In this document: positions 53,201 through 58,448 of the stretch, piece by piece | Position numbering within the stretch: the first letter of the stretch is position 1 | How the letters are laid out: every line of letters starts with the position of its first letter | Assembly (NCBI GenBank): GCA_965248925.1 | Contig: CBDFLE010000005.1 | Location: 2,240,001-2,304,000 of the forward strand | Length of the DNA: 64,000 nucleotides | DNA from: Candidatus Multivoradales bacterium | GTDB lineage: Bacteria; Acidobacteriota; Thermoanaerobaculia; Multivoradales; J023 | Direction: 5' to 3' | Position numbers and translations under genes: made by a program | The notes under the pieces: model-generated | Seen by the model: the letters and a program-made list of their open reading frames with translations, nothing else | What the model was told of the DNA's origin: nothing | Database searches by the model: none

Positions 53201-55770
53201 AGGATCCCCAGCGACCAGAAATCGCCGATCAGGTGATGGAGTGCCAGAACCAGGACAAAGCGGTCCGGCGATTGCCGCAGCAAGCACAGCCGGATCAGCG
53301 GCCCGCCATCCAGCTCAAAGGGACCCCAGGCCCGCCGCAGGAGTTCGCGCCGCAATCGTGAATCGTCCCAACTGGCAGCGTCGATCTCGAGAAAATCGGC
53401 GGCGGTTCCTTCGACCACTCGCTGGAACGGCTTGCCTCGCTGATCACCGAATACGCAACGCAGCGCCTCGTGCCTGCCGACCAGAGCGCTGAAAGCCTGT
53501 CCCAGAACCGCGCCGTCGATCGCGCCGATCCCTGCCGCGGCATGGGATATCAGGTAAGCGCGGTTTCCGGGCTGCAGCTTCTCCAAGAACCACAACGCCT
53601 CCTGACCGTGGGTCAGGTCGAACGGCACGCCGACGGCAAATTCTTCGCATCCCTCCCGGGCCAGGGCGCTCTCGAGAATCGCAGTCGGCGCCGGTTCGGG
53701 CGCCGTCAAGCCGGCAAGAACCTGCTCACACAGTTGGTCGACGGAACCCTCGCCAAGCAGTAGATGGAGCGGAACCGCGACCCCAAATCGCGCTTCGAGC
53801 TGGTTGCTGAGTTCCACCGCTCGCAACGAGTCCAGGCCCCAGGCGACCAAGGGGCCTGCCGCCGGCAGCTGGCTCGTCGGCACTGCCAGCACTCGGCCGA
53901 CCAGAGCGCGAACCACGTTCGCTAGCCGAGTCAGGCGTTCTCCGGCGTGGAGAGCTAACAGCTCGGCTCGATCCAGCATATCCACCAAGGGTTCTGGATC
54001 CGAGGCGCTCGCCGCAGCCGCGACGAGCAGCGGAAGCTCGCCGGCCAGGTAGGCATCCCGGACGGCGGATCGCCGCAGCTTGCCGCTCGAGGTGCGCGGC
54101 ATCTTGCCGGCGCCGATCAGTACTACTTCCTCGACTGAGACCTCCTGCTGCTCGGCGATCGCTGCCCGAATCGCCGCCGTGACCTCGTCGTGCGCAGCCT
54201 TGCTCCGCCGATCGATCTCACAGACAATCACCGCCCCTTCGCGATCCTGATAGTGCACCGAGAACGCCGCCGAACCATTCGGCCGCACCGCCGGATGGCC
54301 GTTCTCCGCCGCCTGTTCGAGATCCTGCGGATAGAGGTTGCGACCGCGGATAATCAGTAGATCCTTGATCCGACCGCTGACGAAGAGCTCCCCAGCGACC
54401 AGAAAACCGAGGTCGCCGGACTTAAGAAACGGCCCACGATCGGGCTCATCGGTGAGCACCGCGCCGAAGATGGCCAGGGTCGACTCCGGCTGATTCCAAT
54501 AGCCCGAGGCGACACTGGTGCCGCTGATCCAGATCTCGCCGACCCGGCCCGGCGGCTGCTCCCGACAGCTCTCTGGGTCGACGATCAGCACCTCTTGCCC
54601 ATGCACCGCCGATCCACAGCCGACGAGGTGAGAAGCCCCTGCCGCGGCATCGCTGACGGTTCTCGCCCGGCCCTCGTGCTCATAGGTCTGGCGGTCTAGA
54701 GCCTCGACCACCGGAACCCCATCGGTAGAGGCAGTCACCAAGAGGGTGGATTCAGCAAGACCGTAGCAAGGGCAGAAAGCGGAACGCCTGAAGCCCCACG
54801 GCAAAAACATCTCGGCAAAACGCTCCAAGGTCTGTGCACGAACCGGCTCCGCACCGTTGAAAGCGGTCTGCCAGGTCGACAGATCAAGGCCCTGAACCTG
54901 CTCCTCGGTCATCCGCTTGACGCAAAGCTCGTAAGCGAAGCTCGGCCCGCCACTGGTGGTGGCGCCATACTTCGAGATCGCCTGCAGCCAATTCGCCGGC
55001 CGCTGCAAGAACGATATCGGCGACAGCAAGATGCAGTGGGCGCCGACAAACAGAGGCTGCAACATCCCGCCGATCAACCCCATGTCGTGGTAGAGCGGCA
55101 ACCAGCTGACAATCACCGAGTTGTGGTCCTGGCGGAAGACGCGGCGAATCGCCTCTTCGTTGTGCGACAGGTTGGCGTGGGTCACCATCACACCCTTGGG
55201 CAGGGAGGTCGATCCGGAGGTGTATTGCAAGAACGCCAGCGTCTCGGGTAGCGGCTCAAGCGGCGACCAATCGCTAGCCGGCGGCTCGCCCAAGTCGTCG
55301 ATCTCCAACCAGCGGCAGCTGGAGAAGGCCGGAATCACCGCCGCCAACTTGGCCAGACGGCGCCGCAGCTTGCGGGTCGTCAGAATCAACGTGGGATCGG
55401 CATCGGCACAGATCGCTTCGAGAGTCCGTGGTCGCCGGCCAAGGCGCGGAGGGTAGGCGGGCACCGCGACGACACCGGCGCTCAGACAGCCCAAGAAAGC
55501 GTGCAAGAACTCAAGACTCGGGGGGAAGAGCAGCACGGCGCGCTCGCCAGGAGCAGCGAGCTTGGAGATCGCAGCACCTGCCGCCAGCACACCTTGCTCC
55601 AGCTGCCGGTAGGTTTGCTCGGCCGCCACTAACTTGCCGTCGCGCAAGAAGGTGAAGGCGGTCCTGTCACCATGCTCCGCGGCTTGCTGCCGCAGTAGCT
55701 CGATGACGCTCTTTCCAAGGACGTGGGTGTTCATCTCCAAAGCGCTGCCGGTGCGTAGCCCGGAGGCCAC
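38260..55770 (-). CDS. NRPS1 (5836 aa): FAAL-ACP-C-A1-T-C-A2(Ser)-T-E-C-A3(Gln)-T-C-A4(Gly; monooxygenase insert)-T
   Basis: FAAL motifs AFLQYTSGST, WLPLYHDMGLIG, CYGLAE, GRNLYPQDLE; ACP GLDSL. Codes DVGDTGIVNK, DVWHISLVDK (Ser), DAWQFGLIDK (Gln), DILQLGMIWK (Gly). E domain after a GGDS T, followed by a DCL C (HHLLLDG). The start may instead be ATG 55734. Confidence 0.95.
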   Translation of the reverse strand: MASGLRTGSALEMNTHVLGKSVIELLRQQAAEHGDRTAFTFLRDGKLVAAEQTYRQLEQGVLAAGAAISKLAAPGERAVLLFPPSLEFLHAFLGCLSAGVVAVPAYPPRLGRRPRTLEAICADADPTLILTTRKLRRRLAKLAAVIPAFSSCRWLEIDDLGEPPASDWSPLEPLPETLAFLQYTSGSTSLPKGVMVTHANLSHNEEAIRRVFRQDHNSVIVSWLPLYHDMGLIGGMLQPLFVGAHCILLSPISFLQRPANWLQAISKYGATTSGGPSFAYELCVKRMTEEQVQGLDLSTWQTAFNGAEPVRAQTLERFAEMFLPWGFRRSAFCPCYGLAESTLLVTASTDGVPVVEALDRQTYEHEGRARTVSDAAAGASHLVGCGSAVHGQEVLIVDPESCREQPPGRVGEIWISGTSVASGYWNQPESTLAIFGAVLTDEPDRGPFLKSGDLGFLVAGELFVSGRIKDLLIIRGRNLYPQDLEQAAENGHPAVRPNGSAAFSVHYQDREGAVIVCEIDRRSKAAHDEVTAAIRAAIAEQQEVSVEEVVLIGAGKMPRTSSGKLRRSAVRDAYLAGELPLLVAAAASASDPEPLVDMLDRAELLALHAGERLTRLANVVRALVGRVLAVPTSQLPAAGPLVAWGLDSLRAVELSNQLEARFGVAVPLHLLLGEGSVDQLCEQVLAGLTAPEPAPTAILESALAREGCEEFAVGVPFDLTHGQEALWFLEKLQPGNRAYLISHAAAGIGAIDGAVLGQAFSALVGRHEALRCVFGDQRGKPFQRVVEGTAADFLEIDAASWDDSRLRRELLRRAWGPFELDGGPLIRLCLLRQSPDRFVLVLALHHLIGDFWSLGILLRELEALYLAVVGSRTVAGAAVDSPLPAGWFAACVRQQRELLQTDQGKVLRRFWRQQLGGHGFDLRLPADRPRPSAQTFRGETVASWLGERQAAALEALGWAHSATLYVTLLASFQVLLCRLTGSSEPLIGSPTSGREAGQGSGLAGLVGYFVNPVVLRTELGPGMDFSELLGRTRATVLAALEHAALPFALLAQDLQPQRDASRSPIFQAMFAFQQEAPGVGQGLAEFSLAASGSQIEFAGFELKAVDLEGCSAQFDLCFSVAPVGDRLRLELEFSTDLFDRSSAQRFLGAWLQVVEEVLAKPRAVLSALSLLTASQRQQLLVEWNDTQVSYAATGLVPQLLAAQASRDPQALAIDDGQRQLTYGQLLQASAAQARRLIALGAGSETCVGLLADRSAAMVVGALAILKTGAAYLPLDPKLPPRRLAWMVEDLGVELVLSDGSAGGRLAECGAQVVNLDEPMPASTHGVGNSVRIPRQSLAYVIYTSGSSGRPKPVGVSHASLQHLVHWYQRTFQIQPGDRAAQLAGPAFDVAVGELWCHLAAGASLHLPADEIRLAPGELRRWLVEERIQISDVSTPMMERLCDFEWPSEGMLRALTTGGDRLRLPGALPWNIPTYNIYGPTECTVNATAGRVGRDLAAGVQPPIGRPLSNTRVFLVDGALQAALPGAIGELCLSGVGLARGYLGRPGLTAGSFVANPFSVHPGERLYRTGDLARYRGDGQLEFLGRFDQQVKLRGFRIELGEIEAACAALPEVSEAVVVLLEDPRGAGRLAAYLVPRQPLPSFAELRQRLAKTLPEYMLPAAWVELPRLPLTRSGKIDRAALPVPRWQVGRSAEFASVTEQRLGRIWGEVLGRGEVGRNDDFFALGGHSLLGTQVSSRIAEEFGVELPLRALFEAPELYRLAEVIEQAQVAAGPTRLPLTPIEGSGPWPLSFPQQRLWFLSHLPGCGAAYNMPSLLRLAAGVLERRLLDAALTEIARRQTLLRTCFVEHHGKAAQQVMGLTAHCTPRVDLDHLGAADRQVELAALARSFASRRFDLRRGPLLRTLWLDLGAEGVGLAVCLHHIIADGWSIDLLLSELAATYGDLAAGHRPSLGRPAINYQDFAGWQRRWFEDGVYESQIRYWRQQLAGSGSGVELAGDRPRPATFDFAGGRVERHLTKIDLRALEHFGQAHGGSLFMTVLAAFQVLLFRLTGEQDQRLGTAVANRNRLESERLLGVFVNTQVMRLEVEGSESFLDLLRLSRRSVLEADAHQDVPFELLVQSLDLSRDRSRNPLFQIMLLLEEPPALLRLGETEVAVEELVTPQSKFDLSVGLRRQPGGDLLWAEYSTALYDSTTVLRWLEQLQSLLVGILDAPRQPVASLPILDRAQRQQLLVEWADSAVAYASADQTLTELIQRNTARGPDIIAVVADSGVLSFAELWRRAGWLADHLGERGVGPESVVGVLAERSLELLIGLVGILRAGAAYLPLDPDYPAERLLFMIEDSGASLVVAQSDLAGALPSAAVPVLRLDEDLDQPVVRSATAEPGGQYRRALPENLAYVIYTSGSTGRPKGVMNQHRGVVNRLLWTQSRFALIPGDRILQKTPTSFDVSVWELFWPLLCGATVVMARPGGHRDSAYLVSALIEQRITTIHFVPSLLRVFLLAAGVEKTQGILRQVICSGEALTADLVRRADRRLKAPLHNLYGPTEAAVDVTARRCGAADHQGMVPIGRPIDNVRIRLLDRRARPVPVGVAGELCIGGVALARGYRQRPALTARTFVPDPLAQQPPAQRLYRSGDLARYRADGSIEYLGRLDHQVKLRGFRIELGEIEAALENYPRVAAAAAAVGATKAGESRLDAYVVGLREGIAELREHLGQCLPGHMIPATFTFLGQLPLNASGKLDRQALPAPDSRGSEFESAYVAAGTAAEKCLSRLWAAALGVERVGIHDDFFALGGDSILSLQVVAQAAAEGLRLGAQDVFQAPTIAELARLGSFESELTEGEMAAAAPMRGEVPLSPIQQWFFEQQPAEPWHFNQALLLATPTALDPARLAVAARLMLRRHDALRLRFEDRGGRWRQHCSAPDSTLPWTRIDLSHLRQGHRSVARDRLVRRAQASLNLSIGPVVRWLLLDHGEQPGRLLWIAHHLVVDGVSWRLLVLDLERTYGQLEAGSQPSPLPPTTSYQTWVEHLMATAGAEARVAEVDYWRHASRPSRPLPVDIDGGRGTVGEAEVVRVQLPVESTQTLLEQAPRAYRTDVQEILLTALAETLTAWSGDRAVKIDLEGHGRQFDGLAKLDVARTVGWFTSLFPLRLELGEVSAGGAHLKQVKEQLRAVPDQGRGWGMLRYLSDGEDVVDKGSAEVLFNYLGQLDGVIGSTDMLKLIAEEQPAERSRRQQRSHLLEISVKVREGRLLVDWEFSRGAHRRQTIGSLANDFIGRLGAWIDHCSKPANRGFTPSDFPLADLDQPALDELRTTVGEIEDLLPLTPTQEGMLFHALAAPASDLYTEQMSCELLGELDSKVLLEAWGQIASRHPMLRALLLWQGLERPLVAVLPEHQASAEVLDWSALPAVEQDSRVAALMVAERQRGFDLSRRPAWRLAMIELGAGRQRLIWSFHHLLLDGWSVALVIRELFELYDALIEGRPAGLSAAPSPSGHLRWLQGRQAAPSLAYWRRRLSGFDAPTPLGIDRPASLTEASSRVAEQRLVLPARLAAALDDLVRRHRLTLNTLFESAWARLLSLYSGHQEVVFGTVAAGRQASVEDSERMVGVFINTLPARLEVPSSATLIGWLRRVQAGQSEARSHQHTPLAEIQQLCGLAADQPLFESLLVFENYPLVGLMEQRQAAPRVGRLLFFERTNYPLVLSAARTSELAFTAAYDPARFDPTTIGRLLDHLTTLLRNLVAGEVVAPSQWGILSRAERHQLLWDWNDTAVSYGADSLLGPLLARRADCGGLQAVAQGAVSWSYAELWSRVDQLSGSLRSRGMVAETRVGLSSVRSPEMVAGLLAILSGGGTVVPLDPDYPAARLSYLIEDSGTSLLLVDSAWTTRPQTAGLSGDLPVIELSQAVAGRRQRAATAVSVTAEQLAYLIYTSGSTGRPKGVMVSHRAIANRVLWMQSEYPLEAEDRVLQKTPLSFDASMWELLTPLLAGASVELARDGGHRDMAYLRQLIEARGVSVLQLVPSQLQVWLEEVGAASCGSLRWVFSGGEALPEALRGRFESLLDAELINLYGPTETAIDASHHRCRRGQAGAGQIVPIGRPLGNLRLSVLDAGLEPLPAAAAGELYVAGPSLARGYQGRAALTAEHFVPDPWSPRAGGRLYRTGDRTRRLADGRLEYLGRADQQVKVRGVRIEPGEIEARLAEHPAIEGAAVVARGAGADKALVAYVVGRSQAALDTRQLRQDLAHELPPSLVPSTFVVLGELPRLTSGKVDRRALASREVAVNTTDGLRTLPRNLTEEMVAAIWMEVLGLDRIHVEDDFFTLGGHSLHATRAISRLQTTLAVEIPLLKLFELPTLGALSAYVEVARGRGGDSLPAPIERLPRSAELPASFAQRRLWFIDQLDPESPLYNLPLRLRMGGVLDIGALREAFSDLVARQEVLRSTFEPADGAPRLRLHGPVPVALPVIDLVGLRAASAESEAARLAAADAARGFDLRRGPLLRTALLRLAERDYSLLLNVHHIVGDGWSTGLLLRELATHYGARRRGCSAQLAELPVQYVDYAAWQQDWLQGQALTDELEFWRSRLAGAPALLNLPTDRPRPAVQSNSGASLPVQLDASRTAALESLGRQHRGTLFMVLLAAWSTLLARYSGSADLSIGVPVAGRTRLETEPLVGCFVNTLVFRLQGLAEQTFLGLIGQVREVTLATSAHQDLPFEKLVEELEPERSLSFSPLFQVMLALQNVPAEGVEFDRLEVRLEDVETRVSRYDLSLFLAPDGDRLQGFLEYSDELFDNTTIARLWGHLETLLAGLSGAALGADLAQLPLLSAAERRQLLGEWNDTASELPVAEMAAVERPGKLPLSRQFESRVARQRWRVALTFADQQITYGELEARANRLAHYLISLGAGPESLVGIHLRRTPQMVVAMLAVLKAGAAYLPLDPSYPPRRLAYLLDDAAVTLLIADAGELGDLEDPRRVVVDPERDQWLIDGQRSDPPSLDESLQRLAYVIYTSGSTGRPKGVMVDHASVANFFVGMDRQVGRDQPGTWLAVTSISFDISVLELLWPLTRGYRVVLQPAAPSRAAWSGSTERTIGREIDFSLFYFASDLGEQEHDRYRLLLEGARIADRLGFAAVWTPERHFHHFGGLYPNPSVVGAAIAAITERVQIRAGSVVLPLHNPVRVAEEWSVVDNISGGRVGISIASGWVANDFVLAPDSFQDRHAVMFRNLETIRRLWRGEKVTMTDGVGAEAEISILPPPVQPELPIWVTAAGSPETFRRGGELGAHLLTHMLGQDIDQLAANIQIYRQARQEAGHEPQSGKVSVMLHAFVADDLEVAKETVRQPFYSYLRGSAGLVKNLAVSLGWDLQDTELSAADMEAMLEFSFERYFATSGLMGTRQSCFDMVARLSQIGVDEVACLIDFGIAEDQVLAGLSRLAEVQSEVRRATLLGGQPEIGIGEQIRRHRVTHFQCTPSMATMLALDPEVRQELAEVDCLLLGGEALPPSLAESLAGGGEIHNMYGPTETTIWSSTWRLERGGGSVPIGRPIANTELHVVGGGLELQPVGIPGLLFIAGQGVVRGYLARPALTADCFVPNPFSSRAGRRMYATGDLARRRRDGVLEFLGRVDQQVKVRGHRIELGEIESHLDRHPGVAEAVVVTHESATADLQLVAYWVAAAEAQLADAGHLRNHLRSELPEHMVPTLFVDLEQLPRTPNGKLDRAALPAPRLAETTGERLRVAPRSALEEALVGIWSELLGRDDLDIHDDFFELGGHSLLAARLIFQLRSAFKIDLPLRQLFEATTIAQLASALEDHERRPGMLAKRAELLLRIQQMSPDELADKLAQRRRGKV
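39490..40525 (-). other. Luciferase-like flavin monooxygenase domain inserted between the A4 and A5 motifs of the Gly A domain
   Basis: FSLFYFASD...YRLLLEGARIADRLGFAAVWTPERHFHHFGGLYPNPSV...IRAGSVVLPLHNPVRVAEEWSVVDNISGGRV...GVDEVACLIDFG interrupts the A domain between FDISVLE and THFQCTPS. Confidence 0.9.
43113..44513. repeat. ~1.4 kb near-identical copy 2 of the Gln A-domain core (copy 1 at ~13292-14692)
   Basis: Direct DNA match to 13292-14692, ending at the LVAYV codons. Confidence 0.9.
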
Positions 55771-56074
55771 GGCATGGTCGAACCGTTTCAGCTAGTGGTA
55801 GGTAGCCGGACCAGGCGCCGGGGGCTCTCCGCGAGGCCAGCGGAGAAATCTCGACGAATATGCCAACTACCCCTCTATAACGCAAAGAACTCTGGCAAAA
55901 AGAACAACTCAACTTAGACTAGTCTGCACACTCTAACGTCAATCAGCAGCGTACCGCCGCAATCAGAAACACCTCTGCAAGAGCGTGATTTCTTTCCATG
56001 ACCATGGACGCCCTTCGAGGTTTGGCGAGCTGCGAACGGTACGGGATAATGGCCGCCGTGAAGGAATCAAAACT
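55771..56074. promoter_or_regulatory. Divergent promoter region between the NRPS operon and the peptidase/carbamoyltransferase operon
   Basis: Non-coding, visibly AT-richer gap between head-to-head genes. It contains the palindrome AGACTAGTCT (55916-55925) and a stem-loop TCTCCGC-N7-GCGGAGA (55826-55846). Promoter boxes were not assigned. Confidence 0.55.
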
Positions 56075-58432
56075 GTGAAGGAATCGAAGATTGGCATCGC
56101 CCTGACCATTCTCGCGGTAGTCGGTTGTTTGATAAGCGCCCGTTCGCTAACCCCGCCACCGGTTCGTGCAGTTTCAGAAAGCATTGACCTATTCTCTGCC
56201 CACCGCGCCATGCGGCATCTCGATCGCTTGGCTATCGACCCTCGTGCCACTGGCTCCGAAGGGAACGAGCGGGCACGCCGGTACATCACCGAGCAGATCG
56301 AGTCAATGGGTTTGGCTGTCGAACTCCAGAACGGACTTTCAATTGATCGAAACTCCTGGCTCGACGTCGCCAATGTGACCAACGTCTTGACCAGAATCGA
56401 AGGTAGCGATTCCCAAGCCGGGTGCCTTTTGATCGCCGCACACTACGACACTGTTCCGACCAGCCCAGGAGCCGCCGACAACGGCTCCGCGGTAGCGTCG
56501 GCGCTCGAAGTGGTACGAATTCTCACTCTGGGACCTAAACCTCGTAACGATTTGATATTCCTTTTCAGTGACGGCGAAGAACCTGGCCTGCGTGGCGCGC
56601 ATATTTTCATGTCACAGCACCGCTGGGCCAAGGAAATTGACTTTGCTATCAATTTTGAGGCAAGAGGCACTAACGGTCCGACCTTGATGTTCGAGAGTAG
56701 TCCGAAAAACTCTCGCCTGGCCGCTTTGCTAGCGCAATCCAGCGCCCATCCAATAGCATTCTCATACGCGCCCGAGGTCTACAAGAGACTTGGCAACGAC
56801 ACCGATTTTTCCGTTTTTAGATCATTCGGTATCGAGGGCCTAAATTTCGCCTACATCGGCGGCGCTGACAAGTATCACACCTCCCGCGACGACCCGAGTG
56901 AGCTTGATCCCCGGAGCCTTCAGCATCAAGGTGATCTACTCCTGAGCTTGAGTAGAGATCTGGGCAACCAAGACCTCTCTGACTTACAATCTGCCGCCGA
57001 TGCGACGTTCTTCACACTGCCCCTTCTCGGACTTGTCGTCTATACCAACTCCATCGGCTGGATCATGGCTCTGCTTGCGGTTTCACTGTTGCTGGGCAAG
57101 CTCGCGAGGGGGCTCCTCAGCCACACGATCAAGTTACTGAAAGTGCTTGCCGCGTCCGGTCTCTTGTTGATTTGTGTAGCGCTCTGCGGAGTGGCCGCGG
57201 ACTTTTTGGCTCGCGCCCTAGGCCGCGATTTCAACCTCAGCCATGGTTGGTCGACAACCTCGCTCTATCTGATCGCCTTGACCCTGGCCGTGTTCGCCCT
57301 GGCTGTTCTTTTCTATCGCTTGTGCGAGGGTAAATTCGGCGATGAGCTTCCACTTGGCGGTCTCTTGCTGATAGCAGTCTTGGTGATTCTCATCGGCCGG
57401 TTGGCCCCGGGCGCCAGCTACCTTTTCGCTATTCCTCTCTTGCTGGCCTCGATCACCGAGTTCTTTCGTAGCTCCTCCAGGAGGCAGGGAAATCCCCCGG
57501 TTGGGGAAATTCTACTGCTAGCGGCAACTCTGATCGCCGTGGTGCTGATCTGGACACCGACGTTGGTACTGACGCGAGAAGCGCTGGGGAACAACGCCAC
57601 CCCGATCATCGCTGGCGTGGTCTTTTTACTACTCTCGTGTCTGTTGGCTCCGCACCTGCTCCTGCTGGTTCGGGGTTGGCGCCAAGGGATGCCCACGGTC
57701 ATCGCGACCTTGCCGGTAGTCCTGCTCCTGGTGGGCATCGCCTACGCCGGCTCCGGTATCGACAGCGACGATCCAAAAGCCAACAGCGTCTTCTATGTCC
57801 GCGATGCAGACCTGGATTCGCAGCACTGGATGACTTTTGATCATCAGCTGGACTCATGGACGGAGCAGTTCTTCGAAGTTCGCCCAGAGTCCACCCCAGC
57901 ACCAGCGTTCTTGGGATTCACCAGCCAGATCCTGGCCGGCAGCGCTCCAGCCGTCGATCTGGGCCACGGCGTGGCAGAGATCTTCAGCGTCGAGCCAACC
58001 GCCACCGGCCGCCGGATCGAGCTCCGGCTACGCTGGCCATTTCGCGTTCATCGCGCATTGCTCTACTTCGATCTCGGCGACCGGGGCGTGGTCGAAGCGG
58101 TCGGCGGCCACCCTTTCGATCCAGCCGACGACGACGAGAATCCGCTCTTCGGCCAGAGAATGGCCTTTTACGGCCCGCCTGTGGAAGGCATCGAGCTGGC
58201 CCTTCACCTGAGCGGCGACCAGCCGCTGAAGCTCACCCTAGTCGCCCAACGCTACGCCCTGCCCAACCTCGCCGATTTCTCCTATTCCCCTCGCCCCGCC
58301 GAGACTCGGCCCAGACAGAGCTGGGTCACTGATTCGACATTTATCAAGAACACGATCCTGGTTGAACCCGCGACTGCACCCAACGCAGGTCGAGTCGACC
58401 GAGTACTTCTGGTCGGTCAGCCGCCGTTGTGA
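56075..58432 (+). CDS. Membrane-anchored M28-family zinc metallopeptidase (ERMP1/vacuolar membrane protease-like architecture)
   Basis: N-terminal TM/signal; AAHYDT, GAADNGSA, DGEEPGL, NFEARG, DTDF and YHTSRD motifs; then many hydrophobic helices and a soluble C-terminal domain. GTG 56075 follows an AAGGA RBS (ORF track start 55985). Confidence 0.88.
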   Translation: MKESKIGIALTILAVVGCLISARSLTPPPVRAVSESIDLFSAHRAMRHLDRLAIDPRATGSEGNERARRYITEQIESMGLAVELQNGLSIDRNSWLDVANVTNVLTRIEGSDSQAGCLLIAAHYDTVPTSPGAADNGSAVASALEVVRILTLGPKPRNDLIFLFSDGEEPGLRGAHIFMSQHRWAKEIDFAINFEARGTNGPTLMFESSPKNSRLAALLAQSSAHPIAFSYAPEVYKRLGNDTDFSVFRSFGIEGLNFAYIGGADKYHTSRDDPSELDPRSLQHQGDLLLSLSRDLGNQDLSDLQSAADATFFTLPLLGLVVYTNSIGWIMALLAVSLLLGKLARGLLSHTIKLLKVLAASGLLLICVALCGVAADFLARALGRDFNLSHGWSTTSLYLIALTLAVFALAVLFYRLCEGKFGDELPLGGLLLIAVLVILIGRLAPGASYLFAIPLLLASITEFFRSSSRRQGNPPVGEILLLAATLIAVVLIWTPTLVLTREALGNNATPIIAGVVFLLLSCLLAPHLLLLVRGWRQGMPTVIATLPVVLLLVGIAYAGSGIDSDDPKANSVFYVRDADLDSQHWMTFDHQLDSWTEQFFEVRPESTPAPAFLGFTSQILAGSAPAVDLGHGVAEIFSVEPTATGRRIELRLRWPFRVHRALLYFDLGDRGVVEAVGGHPFDPADDDENPLFGQRMAFYGPPVEGIELALHLSGDQPLKLTLVAQRYALPNLADFSYSPRPAETRPRQSWVTDSTFIKNTILVEPATAPNAGRVDRVLLVGQPPL

Positions 58433-58448
58433 AACCGAGAGGAATGCA

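Noticed and set aside
2758-53361. Many plus-strand ORFs of 200-585 aa (e.g. 2758-4089, 8319-9683, 15804-17462, 35162-36919)
   Set aside because: They are antisense shadows of GC-rich NRPS coding sequence, with no motifs and full overlap with well-supported minus-strand genes.
55985-56074. Longer start of the M28 peptidase
   Set aside because: The extension is not signal-like. GTG 56075 has an RBS and puts the hydrophobic segment at the N-terminus.
58362-58448. Longer start of the carbamoyltransferase, and the label argF
   Set aside because: The extension overlaps the peptidase, and ATG 58449 has an RBS. Acceptor motifs deviate from ArgF, so no gene symbol was given.
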